From positions 98,245 to 162,244 of the forward strand of contig CAVVBH010000031.1 in the NCBI GenBank assembly GCA_963746365.1: DNA of 64,000 bases, given 5' to 3'. The position numbers were made by a program, and so were the translations under genes. Shown in pieces: positions 43,515-53,046 of the stretch (within the stretch, counting starts at the first letter, position 1; each line of letters opens with the position of its first letter). Origin of the DNA: Ilumatobacteraceae bacterium (GTDB taxonomy: Bacteria; Actinomycetota; Acidimicrobiia; Acidimicrobiales; Ilumatobacteraceae). Under the pieces are notes generated by a model, which was given only the letters and a program-made list of their open reading frames with translations, searched no databases and was not told the origin of the DNA.

Positions 43515-44119
43515 TCCGGATCCTCGGGGGCTACTGGGCGGTTGGTCGGGAACACTCCGGCGAGGAACGCGTACTCACGCGTCCCGCCGCGCGGCAATCG
43601 GGTGAACTCGGTTGCGAGCGCCATGACGCGCTCCGTGAACTCCTTCGCCCGTTCATGGGGGATCCGTGCATGGCGCAGGGTGAATCCGGTGCCTTCCGTG
43701 CAGTCATCCGGCGCCGACATGTCGGCTTGGGCTCGGGCGTCGGCCACGAACGGCAGGTCGCCGTCGTTCGTCTCCTCGGGGAAGACGATGATCTGCGCGG
43801 TGCGGCCGTAGAAGCGTTCCTCGATGGCGCGCACCCGACGGGTCGACGTGACCTTCAGCAGCCCCACGTCGACGAGCACATCGACGTGGTGGGCGACGGT
43901 GCCGCGCGGCTTGCGAACGCGGGCCGCCAGCTCCGTCACCGTCATCGCCCGCTCGAGAACCAGGTCGAGGATGAGGGCACGCAGGTGATTCCCGACCGCC
44001 TTCAGGCGGGCGGGGGAGTCGGCGACGATCGTCTCGTCGAGGTCGTACCCGAGTTCGTAGACCTCGCTGTCAGCCTGCGCGTCGGTCTTGGTAGTGCGAG
44101 AACGTCGTTTGTCCGACAT
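43511..44119 (-). CDS. ArsR-type winged-helix transcriptional regulator with C-terminal extension
   Basis: HTH region LKAVGNHLRALILDLVLERAMTVTELAARVRKPRGTVAHHVDVLVDVGLLKV. 202 aa. Translationally coupled to the MFS gene. Confidence 0.75.
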   Translation of the reverse strand: MSDKRRSRTTKTDAQADSEVYELGYDLDETIVADSPARLKAVGNHLRALILDLVLERAMTVTELAARVRKPRGTVAHHVDVLVDVGLLKVTSTRRVRAIEERFYGRTAQIIVFPEETNDGDLPFVADARAQADMSAPDDCTEGTGFTLRHARIPHERAKEFTERVMALATEFTRLPRGGTREYAFLAGVFPTNRPVAPEDPE

Positions 44120-44149
44120 TTATCGGATAATAGACAATAGTCGGACATT
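44110..44149. promoter_or_regulatory. candidate operator: two copies of GTC(C/G)GACATT, 29 nt apart, in the AT-rich divergent region
   Basis: tGTCCGACATT at 44110-44120 overlaps the ArsR-type start codon. GTCGGACATT is at 44140-44149. The GTCCGAC/GTCGGAC parts are reverse complements of each other. They are separated by the AT-rich tatcggataatagacaata. Confidence 0.35.
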
Positions 44150-44196
44150 CGTCAATACCCAGGCAGGTTCGGCGGTCTCTCAGCAATACTGGCGGG

Positions 44197-45381
44197 ATGC
44201 GCAATCGGTCCGTCGTGGTGGTGTTCGGCGCGCTGACGGGGCTGTTCGCGTCGGGTTACGGCGTGATGTTCACGGTGCTCGACGAGTTCCGCGACGAGTA
44301 CGGAATCGGTGAAGGCGCGCTCGGTCTCATCGTGGCGATGGGGTTCCTGTCGTCGTTCCTGGCGCAGGTGACACTGGCACCCTTGGCCGACCGGGGCCAT
44401 GCCCGCGTGATGATCGTGGTCGGCATGGTGTTCAACGTCGCCGGTCTGCTGGGCATGGCCTATGGCTCCACCTTCATCGTGCTGCTGACCGCGCGGTTCG
44501 TGATGGGGGTCGGCGTCGGGCTGGCGTATCCCGCGGCACGACGGATCGTGATCCTCGCCGAACCCGAGCGGTTGGGACAGAACCTCGGGCGAATGCTGGC
44601 TGCTGACGTAGCCGGCTTCGCGGTCGGGCCTGCCATCTCCGCCGTCCTTGTCGGCCCGTTCGGGATCGCTGCGCCCTTCCTGCTGATTGCCGTGTTGACC
44701 GTGGCGATCTATCCGCTCGTCGCCCGAACACACGTCGCCGAGACCGACGTCGACGCTGAGATACCGCCGAGGTTCGCGTTCGATCTCTTGCGCATCCGCC
44801 CGTATCTGGCCGCCCTGTCGATGGGCGCCGCAGTCTTCATGATGATCGGTGCATTCGATGCGTTGTGGGCGCTGGTGCTCGACGATCTGAAGGCCAGCGA
44901 CCTCATCGCCAATCTCGGCATCACGCTGTTCGCGGTTCCGATGGTGCTGTTCGCTTCGATCGGCGGGCGGTTGGCCCAAACGCTCGGGCCGTTCCGCCTC
45001 GGAACGTTCGGCCTGCTGGTGGGCGCCGTGGCGATGTTCGCCTACGGGCACGCGCCGTCGGGTGGGATCATGTTGATCTTCTCGCTCGTGCACGCCACCA
45101 ACGACGGCTTCACGGTCAGCAGCTGTGGTGTTGCCGTCGGATTGGTCGTGCCCGGCGAACGTCAGGCCAGCGCGCAGGGCCTGCTCGGTGGCGTCGAGAC
45201 GTTGACGGCCGGCATCACTGCGACCGTCATTGGCCAGGTCTACGAACACTTCGGGCGCACCGTCGCCTACACGAGTTGCGCGGCGGCGATGCTGGCCCTG
45301 ATCATCTGCGGCGCAGTGCTGTCGGGTTCGGCGTGGGGCATGCGCGACACGTCGCAGCAGCCGGCTGCCGTCCCTGTCTGA
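44197..45381 (+). CDS. MFS transporter
   Basis: 394 aa, 12 TM helices, loop motif PLADRGHARVM, divergent from the ArsR-MFS pair. Confidence 0.85.
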   Translation: MRNRSVVVVFGALTGLFASGYGVMFTVLDEFRDEYGIGEGALGLIVAMGFLSSFLAQVTLAPLADRGHARVMIVVGMVFNVAGLLGMAYGSTFIVLLTARFVMGVGVGLAYPAARRIVILAEPERLGQNLGRMLAADVAGFAVGPAISAVLVGPFGIAAPFLLIAVLTVAIYPLVARTHVAETDVDAEIPPRFAFDLLRIRPYLAALSMGAAVFMMIGAFDALWALVLDDLKASDLIANLGITLFAVPMVLFASIGGRLAQTLGPFRLGTFGLLVGAVAMFAYGHAPSGGIMLIFSLVHATNDGFTVSSCGVAVGLVVPGERQASAQGLLGGVETLTAGITATVIGQVYEHFGRTVAYTSCAAAMLALIICGAVLSGSAWGMRDTSQQPAAVPV

Positions 45382-45452
45382 CGTCTCCGATCGTCGAGCA
45401 AGTCACCGAATCTCCGCTTGTGCCGGATATGTGGTACCTGGCCTCGCCGATG

Positions 45453-45980
45453 TCAGCGGTTGCCGAGCTCGTGGCGCAGCAGTGACCAGATCTCCAGGTC
45501 GTTGTACACGCCTTGGTGAAACCAACACCCGCGCATGAGACCCTCGAACGTGAACCCACACTTCGCGGCAACCCGCTTCGACGCCGCATTGTCGGGATGG
45601 ATGTTGAGCTGCATGCGGTTGACACGTTTGCGGCCGAACAGGTAGTCGACGAGCAGCCTGACCGCCTCGGTGGTGTAGCCATGACCTGCGTGCTGGTCGC
45701 CGAAGAGCTGGTACGAGAGCTCGTAGCCCTGCAGGTAGTGGGTGATCGGGAAGTACTCGATCTCGCCGGCGATCTCTCCATCGCCGTTGATCATCAGCAA
45801 CATGCCCTCGTCCGTGTCCCAGAAGCCGTTCTTGTCGAACTCGTCCCGCAGGGCAGGTTCGCTCATCACGCCCAGCGGAAAGTAGGAACCTCTCGCGTCG
45901 AGGTTTGTCAGCAACTCGAAGAGGGTGCTCAGATCGCGCTCGCGCACGAGCCGAAGCTCCACCACGTCGCCGTGCAGCAT
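45453..45980 (-). CDS. GNAT-family N-acetyltransferase (RimJ/RimL-like)
   Basis: 175 aa. ..HAGHGYTTEAVRLLVDYLFGRKRVNRMQLNIHPDNAASKRVAAKCGFTFEG.. is the acetyl-CoA binding core. Confidence 0.8.
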   Translation of the reverse strand: MLHGDVVELRLVRERDLSTLFELLTNLDARGSYFPLGVMSEPALRDEFDKNGFWDTDEGMLLMINGDGEIAGEIEYFPITHYLQGYELSYQLFGDQHAGHGYTTEAVRLLVDYLFGRKRVNRMQLNIHPDNAASKRVAAKCGFTFEGLMRGCWFHQGVYNDLEIWSLLRHELGNR

Positions 45981-45981
45981 C

Positions 45982-46284
45982 TCAATCCCCGAGGCGGCGT
46001 TCGCCGGTGACGTCGTAGATGGTGATCGAAGAAGAGATCGGGTCGATCTCGTTCCCGGACGATCGCGGGGAATCGCGCATGGCCGAGAGGTGCGCGTCGA
46101 GGGCTTCTTGGCTCTCCCACCGCTCGTACAGCACGACGCGGCTCGGGTCGAGGGGATCGGCGGCGAAGGTGTACTCGAGACATCCTGCCTCCGCCCGCGA
46201 GTTGCGCATCATGTCGACTCGACTTGCGAGGAACTGGTCGCGCGTGATCGGGTCGAATTGGAACGTTCCCCCGACGACGACCAT
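45982..46284 (-). CDS. antibiotic-biosynthesis-monooxygenase (ABM/YgiN-like) domain protein
   Basis: MVVVGGTFQFDP..EAGCLEYTFAADPLDPSRVVLYERWESQEALDAHL.. is the ferredoxin-like ABM signature. The ATG at 46284 is preferred over the ORF-track start. Confidence 0.75.
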   Translation of the reverse strand: MVVVGGTFQFDPITRDQFLASRVDMMRNSRAEAGCLEYTFAADPLDPSRVVLYERWESQEALDAHLSAMRDSPRSSGNEIDPISSSITIYDVTGERRLGD

Positions 46285-46288
46285 GACG

Positions 46289-46963
46289 TCAGCCCAACTT
46301 CTCGTCGAAGAACCGGAACGTCCGCGCCTGCGCAATGGCTGCAGGCACGGCGCTGAACGACCCGCGCTGGTCGCAGTTGAAGCCGTGCTCGGCGTCGTAC
46401 CGGTACACCGTGGCGTCGGGCCATCCTGCCTCGATCTTGTCGACGTCCTCCATCGGTATCGCGTGATCGCGTTCTCCGAAGTGCATGATCATCGGCACCA
46501 CCGGCACCTGATCGATGAGCCCGATCGTCCCGCCGCCGTAGTACGACGATGCGGCGTCGAACAGCTTGGGATGTGAGATTGCACACGCGGCGGTGACTCG
46601 TCCGCCGAAGCAGTAGCCGACGACGCCGACCTTGCCACCTTCGCGGGCCTGTTCGCCTGCGGCCGCGACGTCGGCGAGGATGGTCTCGAAATCGAGCGAG
46701 GCATTGGCGATGGCACGACCAGCCTCGATGTCTTCGGGCGTGTAACCAAGTTCGATGCCGGGGCGATGGCGGTCGAAGATGGCCGGAGCGATGGCGAGGT
46801 ACCCCGCAGCGGCGTATCGATCCGCGACGGAACGGATGTGGTCGTTGACCCCGAAGATCTCCTGCACGACCACCACACCACCGCGGGCCTGGCCCTCGGG
46901 CTCGGCGCGGTAGGCGGACAGTTCGAAGCCGTCGGACGAGGTCAGTGTGATGGTGTTCCCCAT
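46289..46963 (-). CDS. dienelactone hydrolase family protein
   Basis: GGVVVVQEIFGVNDHIRSVADRYAAAGYLAIAPAIF, nucleophile elbow GVVGYCFGG, C-terminal H in EHGF. 224 aa. Confidence 0.85.
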   Translation of the reverse strand: MGNTITLTSSDGFELSAYRAEPEGQARGGVVVVQEIFGVNDHIRSVADRYAAAGYLAIAPAIFDRHRPGIELGYTPEDIEAGRAIANASLDFETILADVAAAGEQAREGGKVGVVGYCFGGRVTAACAISHPKLFDAASSYYGGGTIGLIDQVPVVPMIMHFGERDHAIPMEDVDKIEAGWPDATVYRYDAEHGFNCDQRGSFSAVPAAIAQARTFRFFDEKLG

Positions 46964-46991
46964 CCCGCCGACTGTATTTCGCCAGAGCTAC

Positions 46992-48176
46992 TCAGTCCAG
47001 TGCCGCAGCGACCCTTCGGCTGGTGTGGGCCGGTCGCTGCGTGATGGCGCCGACGATGCACGCTGCTGGAACGATCAGCAGGGCATGCTGCAGGCCAACC
47101 CCGTCGGAGAGCACGCCCATCGCGAGCGGGCCCAGCGTGACAGCAGTGCCGGACGCGAGGATGCAGATTGCCCCGAGCGAGATGGAGTCGATCTTGTGCT
47201 CAGCGGAGGCGTACAGCTTGTCCACCGTCAGCGGGTACAGAGGAGCGCCGCCGAAACCGACGATGATGAGGCCGGCGACGCGGGGCAACAGACCAGGAGC
47301 AAAGCACATCACCAAAGCGCCGACGCCCGTTGTGATGAAGCTGACCGTCACCGTTGCGTCGCCGAAGAGGCGGACGACCGACGGCATGACGACGCGCGAC
47401 GTGAACATCATCACGCCGAAGACGCCGGCCAGCGCCGCAGCAAGGCCGCCTGATGCGTGCCCGACTTCTTTCAGATATGTCGCGGCCCAGACGCCGATCG
47501 CGAACTCGCTGAAGACGGCGTTGATGATGTGCAGCCAGGGTATGAGCACGTCGCGGTCGCGAAGATGAGCCAGGGTGAACTCGCCGTGCCTCGTCGATTC
47601 CGGTACAGCCACCGGCCAGGCGACGGCTGTGAGGGTGAGCACGATGACCGCGGTGAGGATGAGGTACGGCGGACGCCAGGACCATTGCAGTGCCAATGCC
47701 CCACCGACGACGAGGCTGAACGCGACCCCGGAAAGACCCGGAGCGCCATTGACGGCTGCGAAGGCGGTCGCACGGTGCTCTCCATGATGATCGCTGATCA
47801 ACCCGGGCATGACCATCGTCAACAGAGCCCCGCCCATCCCACCCAACGCGGTACCGGCAAGGGTGACCGGCCAAGCCGGGCCGACACAGAACATGGTGAT
47901 GCCGCAGGCGATGGCCACGGCGGACACCAACAGGGATTGTCGCCGCCCGAGCCGATCGACGACGCGGACACCCCAGATTCCGGCGGCCAGCGACGCAAAT
48001 CCGAACGTGGAGCCGTGCAGCGCGGCGATGACGCCGGAGAGATCGAACTCCTGCCGCAGCTCGCCGAGCACGGCGCCGACGCTGAGCGCACCGACGAGCA
48101 GCGCATAGCCGAGCGCCGAGGAGTACGTCAGCCGATCCCACCGGAACTTGTCGGTATCGAGGGTGGCCGCGCTCAC
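46992..48176 (-). CDS. MFS transporter
   Basis: Only the C-terminal 394 codons of ORF 46992..49481 look like protein (12 TM helices, VRVVDRLGRRQSL loop). A GTG at 48176 is preceded by GGAGG. The upstream part of the ORF is antisense to the next gene. Confidence 0.8.
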   Translation of the reverse strand: MSAATLDTDKFRWDRLTYSSALGYALLVGALSVGAVLGELRQEFDLSGVIAALHGSTFGFASLAAGIWGVRVVDRLGRRQSLLVSAVAIACGITMFCVGPAWPVTLAGTALGGMGGALLTMVMPGLISDHHGEHRATAFAAVNGAPGLSGVAFSLVVGGALALQWSWRPPYLILTAVIVLTLTAVAWPVAVPESTRHGEFTLAHLRDRDVLIPWLHIINAVFSEFAIGVWAATYLKEVGHASGGLAAALAGVFGVMMFTSRVVMPSVVRLFGDATVTVSFITTGVGALVMCFAPGLLPRVAGLIIVGFGGAPLYPLTVDKLYASAEHKIDSISLGAICILASGTAVTLGPLAMGVLSDGVGLQHALLIVPAACIVGAITQRPAHTSRRVAAALD

Positions 48177-48194
48177 CCCCTCCTTTGTACCAGT

Positions 48195-48230
48195 AAAGAG
48201 ACCCGTAACGTGGGCTCTTTCCCGGAAAGA
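48195..48230. promoter_or_regulatory. overlapping palindromes built on AAAGAG/CTCTTT in a divergent promoter region; candidate operator
   Basis: AAAGAGaccc at 48195-48204 pairs with gggCTCTTT at 48212-48220. A perfect 7-1-7 palindrome TCTTTCC-C-GGAAAGA lies at 48216-48230. Located between the MFS start (48176) and the oxidoreductase start (48252). Confidence 0.3.
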
Positions 48231-48251
48231 TTGCGGCCTAGGGTGTGACAC

Positions 48252-49427
48252 GTGGCAAACCGGTGTGATGTCGCTGTGGTCGGTGTGGGATTGGTCGGTT
48301 CGGCGGCAATGCGACACCTCTCGGAAGCCGGTCGGCGTTGTATCGGCATCGGACCGCCCGAACCTGCCGACTGGAGCAGGCACGACGGCGTGTTCGCCAG
48401 CCACTACGACTCCGGTCGCATCACGCGCCGGCTCGACAAGCGACGCGAATGGGCGATCCTGGCAGGCAGGGCCATCGACGCGTATCCCGACATCGAGGAA
48501 CGGTCGGGCATCAGCTTCCATCGACCCGTGGGTGTGGTGATGGCCGACGTCGAGGCCGACCGGTTGGGAGCAGTCACAGCCGTCGCCGAGAGCCTCGGAG
48601 TCGGATTCCAACGCTACGAGCCCGGCCAGCCCTTGGGTGACGATCGCATCGCTGCCCCGGCCGGTGCAACGGTGCTTCGCGAGCCGTCGCCGGGCGGGTT
48701 CATCGACCCTCGCCGCATGCTGTCCGCGGAACTGGCCATCGCCCGACAACACGGCGCTGAACTGCTGGCGCAGCAGGTTGTCTCGATCGCCCGCGTGCCG
48801 GGCGCCGGTTGGGCGGTTCACACGGCCGAAGGCACCGAGGTCGAAGCCGAGCAGGTGGTGATCGCAGCGGGTCCGCACGCCGACGAACTGCAGGGTCTCC
48901 CTCGTCGGCCGCTGATCGATGTGGTCGCGGAAAGCGTGGTGATGGCCAGGGTGTCGTCGGCCGAACAGCAGCGCCTCGGCGGTCTGCCGTCGATCATCGT
49001 CGACGACGTCGACGATCATTTCTACGTCGTGCCGCCGACGGATTATCCCGACGGTCAGGTCTACGTGAAGTTGGGCGCGACACGACACGACCCATGGGTG
49101 CTGTCGCCGGAGGATCGGCGGGTGTGGATGGCCGGCACGCAACACGAGGCCGACCTCGACTGGCTTCGTGGGTTGATGCTGGGTGTGCTGCCTGGGCTCC
49201 AGGCGGACGCGTGGTCGACCAAGCCATGCCTCATCCCCGACACGCCTACCAAGCTGCCGTACCTCGAGATCGTCGAGCCCGGACTCGTGATGGCCGTCGG
49301 CACGAACGGGTACGCGGCGAAGAGCGCCGACGCCATCGGCGCGTTGGCCGCCGGGCTCGCCCTCAACGGGCGCTGGACCGACAGCGACCTCGACGCCACA
49401 TCGTTCGAGTTGATCAGCCGCGACTGA
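48252..49427 (+). CDS. FAD-dependent oxidoreductase (DAO/sarcosine-oxidase-like)
   Basis: GTG start. CDVAVVGVGLVGSAAMRHLSEAG dinucleotide fold, 391 aa, C-terminal GTNGYAAKSADAIG as in monomeric amine oxidases. Confidence 0.78.
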   Translation: MANRCDVAVVGVGLVGSAAMRHLSEAGRRCIGIGPPEPADWSRHDGVFASHYDSGRITRRLDKRREWAILAGRAIDAYPDIEERSGISFHRPVGVVMADVEADRLGAVTAVAESLGVGFQRYEPGQPLGDDRIAAPAGATVLREPSPGGFIDPRRMLSAELAIARQHGAELLAQQVVSIARVPGAGWAVHTAEGTEVEAEQVVIAAGPHADELQGLPRRPLIDVVAESVVMARVSSAEQQRLGGLPSIIVDDVDDHFYVVPPTDYPDGQVYVKLGATRHDPWVLSPEDRRVWMAGTQHEADLDWLRGLMLGVLPGLQADAWSTKPCLIPDTPTKLPYLEIVEPGLVMAVGTNGYAAKSADAIGALAAGLALNGRWTDSDLDATSFELISRD

Positions 49428-49457
49428 GTTCGGTAGCGGGCATTCGGGCCTCGAGCA

Positions 49458-49518
49458 GCGTTTGACGAATCCGGCCCGCATACGGGGCGCCAGCCATCAA
49501 GCGCTTTGGTCACCCAGG
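49458..49518. repeat. diverged single copy of the 6849-6961 nested-palindrome element
   Basis: gcgtttgacgaatccggcccgcatacggggcgccagccatcaagcgctttggtcacccagg aligns to the unit plus spacer at 6849-6909. It shares GCGTTTGAC, CCGGCCC-GCAT, and GGTCACCCAGG. Again lies between convergent gene ends. Confidence 0.75.
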
Positions 49519-49562
49519 CGGGACCCGAGGTGAGTTATGCCTCATCCCAACTTGCTGCGAAC

Positions 49563-50766
49563 CTATGAAGAGCCGAGTTCGCCGTGGGTCAGTCGGCGAT
49601 ACGCGTAGTCACGAAGCTCGATCCTCAACGCCTCGGCGGTCCACTCCTCTGCCACGGCGCGGCGAACGACATCGACCTGGGCATCGTTGGTGAGCCCCTT
49701 CAGCGGCTGGTCGCGGTCGAGGTTCGTCGGGAAGGCATATCCATTGGCAGCCGCGCCGATCGCGTTCTCGACTTCCCTCGCCGACGCGCCGGAGGCCTTG
49801 AGCTTCAACAGCGACGGGTAGACGGCGTTGACCATCCGTTCGTGATCGATCGCTTCGAGGCACTTGCCGAACGGCGAGTTGATCTGCAGCAGGTTGGCCA
49901 TGCGGTTCACGTCGGTGGTGCGGTTGGTTCCTGCCGCGTGGAAGAGCGCCGGGTTGAAGAACACGGCGTCGCCCTTGAGCAACGGCAGCTGCACGTAGTG
50001 CTGCTCGAAGTATTCGCGGAACTCCGGCCGCCACCACGCCAGGTACCCGTAGAGATACTTCTGAGCGTGCGGCAGGTACATCGTCGGACCAGTCTCCACC
50101 GGCATGTCGCAATGAGCGATCGCCCCTTGGAGCGTGAGTGCAGCGGAGAGGTTGTGGAGGTGCGCCGGAAACTCGGCGGCCTGCGTCGACGGTCATGAAC
50201 CCGAGGTGATAGTCGCGGTGCGGCTTCTGGGCCGCACCACCCGGGTTGACGACATTGACCTGCGACGTGAAGGTGAAGCCTGGTCCGAGCCAAGCCTGAG
50301 ACGCCATGGTGAGGATGTCGTTTGCGTAGTAGCTGACGAACTCGTCGGGTGCCGACACCGCCAACTTCTCGAGAGCGTTCCACACCCGGTCGTTGTCGCC
50401 GGGCTTCGCGTAGTGGTCGCCGGACTTCATACCGAGCCGGTGCTGCTCGGCGATCATTTCGTTGAATGCCACCGTCGCCGCGTCGACGACCGAGGTGTCG
50501 GGGAATGCCCGCTTGAACACGACGATCCCTGGACCTTCGAGGAACGCCTTGTTGAGCTCGGCCTGCACCGCGCGTCGAGTGTCGGCGTCGGCGCATTCAG
50601 CTCGAAGCCGGTCACAGTCGTAGCTGACGACGTTCTGGATGATCGATTCGGCGAACGGGTAGTCGCTGAGCTGGGTCGTCTGCTCGACGATTGCGATGAA
50701 ATCATCGAGCCGGCAGTCGGACTCGTGCAGATATCCACTGGCGGTGTCGGAATTCACGGAGGTCAT
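49563..50766 (-). pseudogene. phytanoyl-CoA dioxygenase (PhyH) family Fe(II)/2-oxoglutarate oxygenase, one frame break near 50178-50185
   Basis: The N-terminal 195 aa end in ..PHRDYHLGFMTVD (frame of ORF 49609..50766). The protein continues QAAEFPAHLHNLSAALTLQGAIAHCDMPVETGPTMYLPHAQ..FFNPALFHAAGTN.. in the frame of ORF 49563..50105. Confidence 0.75.
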
Positions 50767-50936
50767 GTCTCAAATGTAGATCCCCGGAAGCCGTCCACGG
50801 CTAGCGTGCCCACGTAACCACCTCCTCGACCTCCGTATCACCCACTTCTGGGCCTGCCGCCTCCGGGAACGTCATCACTCGATCAACCCGATCAGCCGGT
50901 CGCACGGTCACCCGCAAGCTGGCGGGCCGCGGTGCC

Positions 50937-51815
50937 GTGCTGGCGATGCTCGTTGCGCCGTTGATGTGGGCGTTCGGCGGCGTGCTGGGCAAGTCGACGC
51001 ATGCATCCGGCGTCGTGCTGTCGTTCTGGCGCATGTGGATCGCGTCCGGAGTTCTCCTGGTGATCGTGGCGCTGACCAAGCGCTGGCCGAGCCGCATGGA
51101 CTTCCGGCGAGCCGGCCTGGCCGGTGTGCTGTTCGGCCTCAACATCTGCGTGTTCTTCATTGCGATTCAGTCCGTCAGCATCGCCACGGCGCTGATCATC
51201 GCTGCCTTGGCTCCGGTCGTGGCGCTGCCGGTCTCGGTCCTGCGGTTCGGCGAGCGACTGACGCCGGTGAAGGTGATCTGCGCTGCTGTGTCGGTGGCCG
51301 GGGTCATCGTCGCGGTGCTCGTGGCACCCTCGAGTGGGTCCGGCACGTCGAGCTCGACGATCGGGTTCTTGTGGGCTCTGTTGGCCTTGGTGTTCTGGGT
51401 CGCGTACCTCCTCGTGTCGAAGGGCGTCCGGCCGAACGTCGAAACGGTGCGCTTCATGTTCGTCGTGTCGGTGATCGGCGCAGCGACGGTGTCGCTGCTG
51501 GTCGTCATCGGCAGCGACGACCTGGGCGAGGTGCACGGCGCAGGGTGGGTGTGGGTGGCCTTGCTGGCGCTCGGTCCGGGCATCGCCGGCCACGGCCTCG
51601 TCGCGTGGGCGCAGCCACGAGTCGATGCGTCGGTGACTTCGGTGTTGATCCAACTCGAACCCGTCGCCGCGTCGACTGCGGCCTGGGTGATCCTCGGCGA
51701 GCGTGTGTCGCTGGCGCAAGGGCTCGCGATGGTCGGAGTCGTTGCGGCCCTGTGCGTGCTTGCGTATCACGAGTCGCGAGACGGTGGTCTGGAGATCGTC
51801 GACGCCGTCAGTTGA
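50937..51815 (+). CDS. EamA/DMT-family transporter
   Basis: 292 aa, 10 TM helices, in two EamA-like halves. GTG at 50937 is the first possible start in frame. Confidence 0.8.
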   Translation: MLAMLVAPLMWAFGGVLGKSTHASGVVLSFWRMWIASGVLLVIVALTKRWPSRMDFRRAGLAGVLFGLNICVFFIAIQSVSIATALIIAALAPVVALPVSVLRFGERLTPVKVICAAVSVAGVIVAVLVAPSSGSGTSSSTIGFLWALLALVFWVAYLLVSKGVRPNVETVRFMFVVSVIGAATVSLLVVIGSDDLGEVHGAGWVWVALLALGPGIAGHGLVAWAQPRVDASVTSVLIQLEPVAASTAAWVILGERVSLAQGLAMVGVVAALCVLAYHESRDGGLEIVDAVS

Positions 51816-51856
51816 CCGGGCGACGACTAATCTCGCCACGAAGGGAGATGGACGCA

Positions 51857-53040
51857 ATGGCAGATTCGTTCCGTGAGATCGAGATGGGCCCCGTCGGCGG
51901 ACGGCTACCCGCCGGCGACGTGACGGCAGCGTTCCCCATCGACGCAGGGATCCTGGTGCAGTTCACCGAGGGGTCGGCGACGGTCCTGCCCGACTGGTTG
52001 CGCGACAACTGCCAGTGCCACGAGTGCCGCATCGTGCAGACCGACGAGCGCCGCTGGCAGCCGTGGACACAGCCGACCGCGCCCAGGGTGACAGCGGTCG
52101 ACGTCGTCGACAGCCAACTGCACGTCGATTGGGAAGGCGGCCATCACTCGACGTTCGGGCCGCCCGAATGGCAGAAGATCCGCACGACCGGCACCCGCGG
52201 CGCGTGGACGGCCAGGCTCTGGAACTCCGGCTACGACGATCGAACGCTTCGACCATCAGCAGTGCGTCGCCGATCAGGTCACACGACGCGGCATGTTCGA
52301 AGCCATTCGACGCGACGGCGCGGCGGTGGTCACCGGATCGCCGACCGAGCCGGGCACGGTCTTGGAGTTCCTCCGCGCGGTCGGCCTGACGGTGCGCGAT
52401 TCCTCGCTCGGCTTGATCTTCGACGTCAAGCTGGATCCCGAGGGCTACAACATCGCGTTCACGGCCGAGGAGGTCCCTCCGCACAACGACAACGCCCAGT
52501 ACACGCACCCGCCCAGCGGCCAGGTGTTGGCGATGCTCGTCAACGAGGCACAGGGTGGCAACAGCGTCGTGGTCGACGGATGGGCGGTGCTCGATCAACT
52601 CAATCGCGAACATCCCGACGCCATCGACGTACTCAGCCGCGTCGAGGTCGGTTTCAGGCAGTACTCGGCCGACGCCGACGCGTTCACCCGCGCGCCGCTG
52701 GTCGTTCGCGACCGCATCGGCCGTTTCGTGCACCTTCGGTTCTCGAACCAGTTGATGCAGCCGTTGGCCTACGACGACGGTGATCTTGCTGCGTGGTATC
52801 ACGCATACCGGTTGCTGGGCGCAGCGATCGCTGACCCCGCCAACCACGTGTCGTTCCGCCTATCGGCCGGCGACACCCTGTTCGTCAACGGTTATCGAGT
52901 GCTGCACGCCGCGCACGGCCTACCAACCCGACGGTCCTCGGCACCTGCAGGACGTGTACTTCGAAATGGACGACGTGTTCGGCCACCTGGCGCGGATGAG
53001 CGGAGAAGCCACCAACGCGATGGTCGCCGGCACGTCGTAA
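51857..53040 (+). pseudogene. gamma-butyrobetaine-hydroxylase-like dioxygenase (DUF971 zinc-ribbon N-domain + TauD/TfdA core), two frame breaks near 52238 and 52911
   Basis: N-domain ..PDWLRDNCQCHECRIVQTDERR.. in the frame of ORF 50966... Catalytic core with HxD (PPHNDNAQY) in the frame of ORF 52293... C-terminus [25 protein letters not shown] in the frame of ORF 52780... AAGGGAG lies 9 nt before the ATG at 51857. Confidence 0.75.
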
Positions 53041-53046
53041 ACCCCT

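Noticed and set aside
48177-49481. N-terminal 435 codons of the 829-codon ORF 46992..49481
   Set aside because: Only the C-terminal 394 codons are MFS-like. The upstream part is antisense to the FAD oxidoreductase gene and crosses the divergent promoter.
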